58,291 nt of DNA, taken from an uncultured bacterium (GTDB lineage: Bacteria; Verrucomicrobiota; Kiritimatiellia; RFP12; UBA1067). A program made the translations under genes and the position numbers. The stretch is taken from assembly GCA_900547945.1 (NCBI GenBank), contig URIT01000005.1:1-58291 (forward strand). Reading direction: 5' to 3'. Below are positions 50,949 to 58,291 of this stretch, piece by piece. Each line of letters begins with the position of its first letter. Position 1 is the first letter of the stretch. The notes beneath the pieces are model-generated. The model saw nothing but the letters and a program-made list of their open reading frames with translations. It was not told the origin of the DNA and did no database searches.

Positions 50949-51469
50949 CGGCCGTCGATGGCCTCGACCTTCTTCGCCGCCTCGTGCAGGAACGGCGCAA
51001 GGCCCTCAAGGCCCTCGGTGAACTTCGTGTCGAGAAAGGCGTCCGCGGCGGCGACGGCCATCATGTCGCCCCAGATCATCTGGCCCATGCAGAGCACGTT
51101 CGCGTCGTTGATCGTGCGGCACATCTTCGCGGCGAAGACGCTCTCGACGGCGGCGGCGCGCACGCCCTTGAAGCGGTTGGCGATCAGGCTCATGCCCATG
51201 CCCGTGCCGCAGAAGAGGAACGCGCGCTTCGCCTCGCCGCGCTGCAGCGCCTTGCAGACGTCCACCGCGCTCTCAAAGTAGGGCTTCTCCTTGTTCGCAT
51301 CCGTCGCGCCGAGGTCCTTCACGGCGAAGCCGCGCTTCTCAAGGTGCTGGACAACGGCCGTCCTGAGCCCGACGGCGAACGGATCCGCCGCCACGAGAAT
51401 CGTCTCCTTCTGCGCCGCGCCGCACACGCACGCCGCTGCCATCACCACCCCAGCCGCAATCTTCTTCAT
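50945..51469 (-). CDS. RpiB/LacA/LacB-family protein with an N-terminal signal/anchor and a divergent active site
   Basis: 174 aa. MKKIAAGVVMAAACVCGAAQ, then ILVAADPFAVGL (the canonical DH is replaced by DP), FCGTGMGMSLIANRFKGVRAA (Cys/Thr kept), RTINDANVL (the canonical HND is replaced by IND). Confidence 0.7.
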   Translation of the reverse strand: MKKIAAGVVMAAACVCGAAQKETILVAADPFAVGLRTAVVQHLEKRGFAVKDLGATDANKEKPYFESAVDVCKALQRGEAKRAFLFCGTGMGMSLIANRFKGVRAAAVESVFAAKMCRTINDANVLCMGQMIWGDMMAVAAADAFLDTKFTEGLEGLAPFLHEAAKKVEAIDGR

Positions 51470-51507
51470 GATCCATCATCCTTTCTGGTTTTGAATTATC
51501 GAGAGCG

Positions 51508-51516
51508 AGTATAGCA
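51508..51516 (-). promoter_or_regulatory. Extended -10 TGCTATACT upstream of the RpiB-like gene
   Basis: The minus strand reads tttaTGCTATACTcgctctcg...agaaaggatgatggatcATG. Confidence 0.5.
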
Positions 51517-51637
51517 TAAATCGCCACTGCGCGGCTTGAAATGGTTGAATGTAGACATCACCGCTCCGCAGTTTGAAATGCCGGCGCGAAGCGCAACTGA
51601 AAGCCGCATAGCGGCGACTTAACCCTAGCAAGAAAGC

Positions 51638-51685
51638 GTCCTCGGGGCCACATTAGGGGGGGGGGTATTGTGTGGTCCCGAGGAC
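51638..51685. other. 15-bp perfect/wobble inverted repeat with a 16-18-nt loop containing a G10 run
   Basis: GTCCTCGGGGCCACA-ttaGGGGGGGGGGtattg-TGTGGTCCCGAGGAC (one G-T). Confidence 0.8.
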
Positions 51686-52170
51686 ATACCGACTTTCTTG
51701 ATCTCGGGTGCGGCAGAACCCTCAATGATGATGGCAGATGATACCCGCCACCACGCAAGCTGTCTGTCAACTCCCGCACGCATGCCAGCAAAAGAACCTT
51801 CTTACGCGGAAATTTCCCCAACAGTATACACCTCCCCATCGGGAAAGGCAATCTGAATTTTCTTCTCTGCATTTCTTTACAACGTACGACAACGGCGTGA
51901 TTTCCGCTGGCGAGGCCGCTGACAGCCGATCATCGTACCAAGATGCGTAACGTCACCTTAAACCAAATTACATATTACGTAAAACACAAACCGGTATCAT
52001 GGACCATCATGAATCAACGGAAGATACAAATCAACTCGGAAAGGACGCAATTCTTTGCGTCTGATCCCCTACGAGACCCCAACACGGGCATGGTGGCCGG
52101 ATCATAATGAATTACATTCCTCCCACTCTGCCCCACCCTCCTTGTAGCAGCTCAACGACGCCGCATCAAT

Positions 52171-52186
52171 TGGCATGGAATCTGCT
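52171..52186 (+). promoter_or_regulatory. Sigma-54-type -24/-12 promoter upstream of gltB
   Basis: TGGCATggaatCTGCT, with GG and GC separated by 10 nt (consensus TGGCAC-N5-TTGCW). It lies 21 nt before the first ATG, with a GAAGGAA SD between. Confidence 0.5.
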
Positions 52187-52206
52187 ACACAACATCTTGA
52201 AGGAAC

Positions 52207-55200
52207 ATGACCATGAACGAGACAGAAGATCGACAGCGGGGGCTGTACCGCCCTGAATATGAACACGACGCCTGCGGAGTCGGACTCGTCGCGAGCCTTG
52301 ACAACCTCCCTTCGCACGCCATCGTCGAATCCGGCCTCACCGTGCTCAAACGCCTTATGCACCGCGGCGCGACGGGTAACGACCCGCGCACGGGCGACGG
52401 TGCCGGGCTTCTTCTGCGCATCCCCGACCCGTTCTTCCGCAAGGTCGTCCCCGGGCTTCCCCCTGCTGGACAGTACGGTGTCGCGATGGTCTTCGGCGGC
52501 GTCGGTGAGGAGGACGTCCTTGAATCTGTCGTCCACGCCGAGGGCGGAAGGGTTCTCGCCTGGCGTGATGTCCCCGTCGATCCGAATGCAATCGGCGACG
52601 ATGCCCGCCGCGTCCTTCCGAAGATCCGCGAACTCTTCATCGGCGGCGCCGACGGTCTCGCCTCCGTCGAATTCGAGCGCCGCCTTTACGTCATCCGCCG
52701 CCAGATCGAGCAGCGGACGCACGATGTCTACCTCTGCTCCTGCTCCACGAAGACGATCGTCTACAAGGGCCTCCTCCTCGCCACGCAGATCGAGAGTTTC
52801 TACAAGGACCTCTCCGATCCCGACTTCGTCTCCCCCTTCGCGATCGTCCACCAACGCTACTCCACGAACACCTTTCCGAGCTGGCCGCTCGCCCACCCCT
52901 TCCGCGCCCTTGCCCACAACGGCGAAATCAACGCGCTCAAGGGCAACCTCAACGCGCTTGCCGCGCGCGAGGCGTCGCTCGCCTCGCCCCTCTTCGGCGA
53001 CGACCTCAAGAAGCTCCTCCCGCTCGTGAAGCCCGGCCAGTCCGACTCCGCCTCGCTCGACAACATGTTCGAGCTGCTCGTCGCCGCCGGGCGCGACGCC
53101 CCCCACGCGATGCTCATGCTCCTCCCCCAGGCCTGGGGCGCGAAGTACCACATGGGCCACGACGTGCGCGCCTTCTACGAGTACCACTCCGCGCTCATGG
53201 AGCCGTGGGACGGTCCCGCCGCCGTCGCGTTCACGGACGGCACGGGCGTGGGCGCGACGCTCGACCGCAACGGCCTCCGCCCCGCGCGCTGGACGCTCAC
53301 CAAGCAGGGCCTTTTCGTCCTCGCCTCCGAGGCCGGCGTCCTCGACATCCCCGCCCCGGACATCGCCCGCCAGGGCCGTCTCAAGCCGGGTGCCATGCTC
53401 TGGCTCGATCTCGCGAAGCATCGCCTTCTCGAAGACACCGAACTCAAGACCTTCTACGCGCGCCGCCGCCCCTACCGCCGCTGGGTCGAGCAGAACCGCA
53501 TCTCCATCCAGGGGCTCTTCACCGAGATCGTCCCCTCGCGCGTCACCCAGGATCTCGTCAACGAGCAAACCCTCTTCGGCTACACGCTCGAAGACCTCAA
53601 CCTCATCCTGAAGCCGATGGCCGAGACGGGGCACGAACCCGTCGGGGCAATGGGCAACGACGCCGCGCTCGCGGTTCTTTCCCGGAAGCCGCGCCTCCTC
53701 TTCGACTACTTCAAGCAGCTGTTCGCGCAGGTCACGAACCCGCCAATCGACCCGATCCGCGAAGAGCTCGTGATGTCCCTCATGACCTACATCGGCAACG
53801 TCGGGAACATCCTCGCCGAAACGCCCGCGCACGCGCACCTCATCAAGCTGCGCCGCCCCGTGCTGACCGACGACGAGCTCGCGCGCCTCGCCACGGTCGA
53901 GGACCACGGCTTCGCCTCCCTCCGCATCCCCCTCGTCTTCCCGCGCGGCGGCGACGGACGCGCCCTCCGAGTCGCGCTCGACCAGATCTGCGCAACGGCC
54001 CTGGAGGCGGTGGAGAACGGACATCGGATCATCATCCTCTCGGACCATCCGTCCCTCCGTGGCGCGGGCACCGTTCCCATTCCCTCCCTCCTCGCGACCG
54101 CCGCCGTGAACCGCGCACTCGTGAAGGCGGGCAGGCGCCCCTCCGTCGGCCTCATCGTCCAGTCCGGCGAAGTGCGCGAGGTCATGCACTATGCCCTCCT
54201 GCTCGGCTTCGGCGCGACGGCCGTCAACCCCTACCTCGCGCTCGCCACCGTCAGCGCGTGCGCGAAGGACGGCGATCTCGTCACGGCCGCCTCGAACTAC
54301 GTGACCGCCGTCGACAAGGGCCTCCTGAAGATCATGTCGAAGATGGGCATCTCGACCCTGCGCTCCTACCGCAGCGCGCAGATCTTCGAGGCCGTCGGGC
54401 TCGGCGCGGACGTCGTGCGCGACTACTTCGGCGGCGTCGCCTCTCCCGTGGGCGGCATCGGACTCGACGAAATCGCGGCCGCCGCCAACCGCCGCGCCGC
54501 CGTCACGCCCCTGGAGGCCACCCTTCCCCCCGGCGGCGAATACCGCGTGCGCACCGAGGGCGAACGACACCTCTGGACGCCCCGGGGCCTCGCGGACTTC
54601 CGCCTCGCCGTGCGCGCGAACGACTTCGCCCTCTTCCGGAAGTACACGGACGAAATCGACGACCCGAAGCGGACCGCCATCACCCTCCGCTCGCAGTTCG
54701 CCTTCAAGCCCACCCAACCCATTCCGCTCGACGAGGTCGAACCCGTCGCGTCCATCGTGAAGCACTTCGTGGGCGGCGCGATGTCTCTCGGCTCCCTCTC
54801 CCCCGAGGCGCACGAGACCATCGCCCAGGCGCTGAACGGACTCGGCACCATGTCCAACTGCGGCGAGGGCGGCGAAAACGTCGAGCGCTTCGACACGGAC
54901 AAGAACTGCGGCATCAAGCAGGTCGCCTCCGGCCGCTTCGGCGTGACGATCAACTACCTCCGCCACGCGAAAGACCTCCAGATCAAGCTCGCCCAGGGCG
55001 CAAAGCCCGGAGAAGGCGGCCAGCTCCCCGCGCACAAGGTGGACGCCTTCGTCGGCAAGCTCCGCCACGCGAAGCCCGGAACGACGCTCATCTCCCCGCC
55101 GCCGCACCACGACATCTACTCCATCGAGGACCTCGCCCAGCTCATCTACGACCTCAAGTGCGCGAACCCGCGGGCGCGCGTCTCGGTGAAGCTCGTCTCC

Positions 55201-56571
55201 GAGGCGGGCGTCGGCACGATCGCCGCCGGCGTCGCGAAGGCGCATGCGGATGTCGTCCTCATCTCCGGCTTCGACGGCGGAACCGGCGCCGCGCCGCTCA
55301 CCTCGATGAAGCACGCCGGCCTTCCCTGGGAACTCGGCCTCGCCGAGGCGCAGCAGACGCTCATCAAGAACGGACTGCGCGGGCGCGTCAAGCTGCAGGT
55401 CGACGGACAGCTCCGCACCGGCCGCGACATCGTGATCGGCGCCCTTCTCGGCGCAGAGGAGTTCGGCTTCGGTACCACGATGCTCGTCGCGCTCGGCTGC
55501 GTCCAGTGCCGCAACTGCAACCTCAACACCTGCCCCGTCGGCATCGCGACGCAGGACGAGGCGTTGCGCAAGCACTTCGCCGGAAAGATCGAACACCTCC
55601 AGACCTACTTCCGCTTTCTCGCACAGGAGGTCCGCGAACAGCTCGCCGCCCTCGGCCTCCGTTCGCTCGACGAGGCCGTCGGCCGCGCCGATCTTCTCGC
55701 GGGGACGAATCCCCGCTTCGACTTTGCCCCGGTCTTCCACCGCGAGGCGGGCGCCGACGTGCGCTTCAACCCGCAGATTCCCGCGCGGCCGCTTGAAAAC
55801 TACGACCGCGTGGAACTCCTCCCCGCGCTGAAGGACGCTCTCGCGGCCGGACGGCTGATGGAGATCGACCGCACCGTCGCGAACGTGAACCGTACCGTCG
55901 GCACCGAGCTTTCGGGCGAGGTCGCCGCGAAGTGGGGCGAGAAGGGCCTTCCCGACGGCACGCTCACCGTGAATTTCACGGGCGTCGGCGGACAGTCCTT
56001 CGGCGCGTTCCTCGCCCACGGCGTGACCTTCAACCTGCGGGGCGCCGCGAACGACTACGTCGGCAAGGGCCTCTCCGGCGGCATCATCACGATTGCCCCC
56101 GAGCCCGGCTTCACGGGCGCCGCCGAGGAGAACGTCGTCGCCGGCAACGTCCTCGCCTACGGCGGCACCTCCGGCAAGGTCTTCGTCAACGGACAGGCCG
56201 GCGAGCGCTTCGGCATCCGCAACTCGGGTGTCACGCTCGTCGCGGAGGGCATCGGCGACCACGGCTGCGAATACATGACCGGCGGCAAGGTACTCGTACT
56301 CGGCCCCACCGGCGTCAACTTCGCCGCAGGCATGACAGGTGGCGTCGCCTACGTCTACGACGAGGACGGTACGCTCGACCTCAACGCGAACCTCGACTCG
56401 ATCGACCTCATGCCCGTCGAGGCCGGCTCACCCGACGAGGCCGACCTGCTCGCCCTCATGGACGAACACATCGCCCGCACCGGTTCCGCCAAGGCGAAAC
56501 GCCTCCGCGCCGACTGGGAGAACGTCCGCCCGAAGTTCGTCGCCGTCATCCCCGTCCGAAGCGCGAGTTAG
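52207..56571 (+). CDS. gltB: Glutamate synthase large subunit
   Basis: 1454 aa. GLYRPEYEHDACGVGLVA Ntn-amidotransferase N-terminus, FMN/FeS central domain (QVASGRFGV, ISGFDGGTGAAP), C-terminal GXGXG domain. Confidence 0.95.
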   Translation: MTMNETEDRQRGLYRPEYEHDACGVGLVASLDNLPSHAIVESGLTVLKRLMHRGATGNDPRTGDGAGLLLRIPDPFFRKVVPGLPPAGQYGVAMVFGGVGEEDVLESVVHAEGGRVLAWRDVPVDPNAIGDDARRVLPKIRELFIGGADGLASVEFERRLYVIRRQIEQRTHDVYLCSCSTKTIVYKGLLLATQIESFYKDLSDPDFVSPFAIVHQRYSTNTFPSWPLAHPFRALAHNGEINALKGNLNALAAREASLASPLFGDDLKKLLPLVKPGQSDSASLDNMFELLVAAGRDAPHAMLMLLPQAWGAKYHMGHDVRAFYEYHSALMEPWDGPAAVAFTDGTGVGATLDRNGLRPARWTLTKQGLFVLASEAGVLDIPAPDIARQGRLKPGAMLWLDLAKHRLLEDTELKTFYARRRPYRRWVEQNRISIQGLFTEIVPSRVTQDLVNEQTLFGYTLEDLNLILKPMAETGHEPVGAMGNDAALAVLSRKPRLLFDYFKQLFAQVTNPPIDPIREELVMSLMTYIGNVGNILAETPAHAHLIKLRRPVLTDDELARLATVEDHGFASLRIPLVFPRGGDGRALRVALDQICATALEAVENGHRIIILSDHPSLRGAGTVPIPSLLATAAVNRALVKAGRRPSVGLIVQSGEVREVMHYALLLGFGATAVNPYLALATVSACAKDGDLVTAASNYVTAVDKGLLKIMSKMGISTLRSYRSAQIFEAVGLGADVVRDYFGGVASPVGGIGLDEIAAAANRRAAVTPLEATLPPGGEYRVRTEGERHLWTPRGLADFRLAVRANDFALFRKYTDEIDDPKRTAITLRSQFAFKPTQPIPLDEVEPVASIVKHFVGGAMSLGSLSPEAHETIAQALNGLGTMSNCGEGGENVERFDTDKNCGIKQVASGRFGVTINYLRHAKDLQIKLAQGAKPGEGGQLPAHKVDAFVGKLRHAKPGTTLISPPPHHDIYSIEDLAQLIYDLKCANPRARVSVKLVSEAGVGTIAAGVAKAHADVVLISGFDGGTGAAPLTSMKHAGLPWELGLAEAQQTLIKNGLRGRVKLQVDGQLRTGRDIVIGALLGAEEFGFGTTMLVALGCVQCRNCNLNTCPVGIATQDEALRKHFAGKIEHLQTYFRFLAQEVREQLAALGLRSLDEAVGRADLLAGTNPRFDFAPVFHREAGADVRFNPQIPARPLENYDRVELLPALKDALAAGRLMEIDRTVANVNRTVGTELSGEVAAKWGEKGLPDGTLTVNFTGVGGQSFGAFLAHGVTFNLRGAANDYVGKGLSGGIITIAPEPGFTGAAEENVVAGNVLAYGGTSGKVFVNGQAGERFGIRNSGVTLVAEGIGDHGCEYMTGGKVLVLGPTGVNFAAGMTGGVAYVYDEDGTLDLNANLDSIDLMPVEAGSPDEADLLALMDEHIARTGSAKAKRLRADWENVRPKFVAVIPVRSAS

Positions 56572-56587
56572 GATTCAGTCGCTTCGC

Positions 56588-56655
56588 CTTAACTTAACCA
56601 CTTAACTACTTAACCACTTAATCACTTAACCACTTAATCACTTAACCACTTAACC
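56588..56655. repeat. Tandem octamer array (ACTTAAYC/ACTTAACY) of about 8 copies in the gltB-gltD spacer
   Basis: The plus strand reads CTTAACTTAACC ACTTAACT ACTTAACC ACTTAATC ACTTAACC ACTTAATC ACTTAACC ACTTAACC. It is anchored on the gltB TAG (56569-71) and the gltD ATG (56664). Confidence 0.9.
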
Positions 56656-56663
56656 AATCTCCC

Positions 56664-58028
56664 ATGAGCCGCATTCACGACATCTACCGCGACGTGGACG
56701 AACGTCGCCACGACTTCCGGGAAGTCGAACGCCGCCTACCGGCGGACGACATCCGCCAGCAGGTCTCGCGCTGCATGAACTGCGGGCAGCCCTTCTGCCA
56801 TGCCTACGGATGCCCGCTCGGCAATCTCGTCCCCGACCAGAACCGCGCCGTCGCGGACGGCGACGACCATCGCGCCTACGAACTTCTGAGCCGGCATTCC
56901 GACTTCCCGGAGTTCACCGCCCGCGTCTGCCCCGCCCTCTGCGAGGCGAGCTGCGTCCACCAGCTCGACGAGGAATCCGTGATGATCCGCCAGTCGGAAA
57001 AGCACATCATCGAGACCGCTTTCGCGAACGGCTGGGTCAAGCCGCGTCCGCCTGCGAACGAGAACGGGAAGTCCGTCGCCGTCGTCGGCGCGGGTCCTGC
57101 GGGGCTTTCCGCCGCCGTCACGCTCCGTCGCAAGGGTTGGAAGGTGACGGTTTATGAGAAAAACGCCAATATCGGCGGACTCCTCCGCTACGGCATCCCC
57201 TGCTTCAAGCTCGACAAGGCCCTCATCGCGCGCCGCCGCGCCCTTCTCGAAGCCGAGGGCATCGTGTTTGTGACGGGCGTCGAGGTCGGTACGGACATCT
57301 CCGCCACCTACCTCCGACGCGCGCACGACGCCCTTGTCCTCGCGATCGGCACCCCTGCGGCGCGCGACCTGAACATTCCCGGACGCGACCAGGACGGCAT
57401 CCACCTCGCGCTTGAATACCTCTCCCACCAGAACCGTCTCGTGACGGGAGAGGTTGTGTCCACGCCCCCCACGCTCAACGCCCACGGCAAGCGCGTGCTC
57501 GTGATCGGCGGCGGCGACACGGGCTCCGACTGCGTCGGCACGGCAATCCGCCAAGGAGCCCGGAAGGTCACGCAGATCGAGATCATGCCCCGTCCCCCGG
57601 ACATGCGCAGCCCTTCCACGCCGTGGCCGCTCTGGCCCTACCAGCTCCGCACGAGTTCCAGCCACCATGAGGGATGTACGCGGCGCTGGAACCTCAATTC
57701 GCTCCGCTTCCTCGGTACGGACGGCGCGGTCACCGGCGTGGAGGTCGAAACGGTCAAGTGGACGTTCGCGCCGAACGGCAAGCCGCTCACGTTCGCGTCC
57801 GTCCCCGGCACGCAGGAAGTCATCGAAGCCGATCTGGTCCTTCTCGCGATGGGTTTCACGGGTGTCCCGAAGGATAACCCCATCCTCGCCCAACTGGGCC
57901 TTGCGCTCACGCCCCGCACGGCCCTCGTCTCGGCCCCGGAACGGAACATCTTCACGGTCGGTGACTGTGCAACGGGGGCTTCCCTTGTCGTCCGCGCCCT
58001 CGCCGGCGGCAAATCCCTCCCACTCTGA
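56664..58028 (+). CDS. gltD: Glutamate synthase small subunit (NADPH-dependent)
   Basis: 454 aa. CMNCGQPFCH...CPLGN FeS region, VAVVGAGPAGLSAA and VLVIGGGDTGSDC dinucleotide motifs. Confidence 0.9.
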   Translation: MSRIHDIYRDVDERRHDFREVERRLPADDIRQQVSRCMNCGQPFCHAYGCPLGNLVPDQNRAVADGDDHRAYELLSRHSDFPEFTARVCPALCEASCVHQLDEESVMIRQSEKHIIETAFANGWVKPRPPANENGKSVAVVGAGPAGLSAAVTLRRKGWKVTVYEKNANIGGLLRYGIPCFKLDKALIARRRALLEAEGIVFVTGVEVGTDISATYLRRAHDALVLAIGTPAARDLNIPGRDQDGIHLALEYLSHQNRLVTGEVVSTPPTLNAHGKRVLVIGGGDTGSDCVGTAIRQGARKVTQIEIMPRPPDMRSPSTPWPLWPYQLRTSSSHHEGCTRRWNLNSLRFLGTDGAVTGVEVETVKWTFAPNGKPLTFASVPGTQEVIEADLVLLAMGFTGVPKDNPILAQLGLALTPRTALVSAPERNIFTVGDCATGASLVVRALAGGKSLPL

Positions 58029-58070
58029 GGTCCATTTCCCGCCCATTCCTTCCATGTTTCACCCCACAAG

Positions 58071-58110
58071 TGCCACCTTGGTCACGCCAACCAGGGTGGC
58101 ATGTTCTTTT
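58071..58110 (+). terminator. Rho-independent terminator after gltD
   Basis: TGCCACCTTGG-tcacgccaa-CCAGGGTGGCA (11 bp, one G-U) followed by TGTTCTTTTCC. Confidence 0.65.
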
Positions 58111-58291
58111 CCACCATTCCCATCCTTCATCCCCCATCCACCATCACCCATCCATGCACACAATCCCACCACGGACACGATGATTGGATTTTACGCGATT
58201 CTCCAGATCCATCATTATCTTACGCATAAAAATCTTATCCGCCTCTAACGGAATCGCGTCCTCCCCTGCTCCCGTTCGCGATTCGGTGGCA

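Noticed and set aside
51558-51872. Small ORFs (62-104 aa) in the gltB upstream spacer, possible hidden genes or a transposase remnant.
   Set aside because: The translations have no recognisable motifs, overlap each other on both strands and have no SD or -10 context. I could not recognise IS terminal inverted repeats.
56640-56663. Possible internal leaderless promoter for gltD within the end of the octamer array.
   Set aside because: The hexamers 6-7 nt upstream of the ATG (TAACCA or AACCAA) lack the conserved final T and the TG extension seen at every other promoter in the window.

Overview
High-GC chromosomal segment (by eye about two-thirds G+C; not computed). The gene content suggests a PVC-group bacterium (Kiritimatiellota/Lentisphaerota/Verrucomicrobiota-like): a PEP-CTERM protein, a DUF5107-TPR protein, many secreted multi-domain carbohydrate-active enzymes, and signal peptides on normally cytoplasmic enzyme families. 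The taxon is inference only.

Housekeeping blocks:
- folC / UbiA-like / GT2 / lpxB / ybeY / dnaE, minus strand, linked by 4-nt stop/start overlaps
- tRNA-Pro(GGG)
- queE-queD-trmB-thioesterase
- coaC, tRNA-Val(CAC)
- degT-type aminotransferase / nth / ykgJ-like / LMW-PTP
- sdhCAB, gltBD

Accessory blocks:
- A glycan-degradation set: triple-domain esterase, GH78+GH5 fusion, large two-domain GH, GDPD, beta-propeller GH, DUF5107-TPR, XylR-type regulator.
- An ACP-SDR-NeuD/PglD-like acyltransferase-HAD cluster.
- A clearly lower-GC island (about 33.7-38.4 kb) with two paralogous secreted proteins flanking a start-less transglutaminase-like Cys-His-Asp ORF, a PEP-CTERM protein, a frameshifted LamG-like gene and REP-like hairpin repeats.

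Most unusual observations:
1. AT-rich tandem arrays at two loci each, (ACTTAACY)n octamers and (GGTTTTA)n heptamers, which place stop codons in all six frames.
2. A very regular extended -10 (TGnTAnAaT) sitting 6-7 nt from ATG codons, which implies many leaderless mRNAs.
3. The candidate orphan effector/immunity-like cassette in the island.
4. An orphan ORF with 24-bp coding repeats, surrounded by iteron-like repeats.
5. A sigma-54-type promoter and a long structured low-GC spacer upstream of gltB.

No known defence system, CRISPR array or transposase is recognisable. Hand-located coordinates are anchored on the ORF track but may be off by 1-2 nt.
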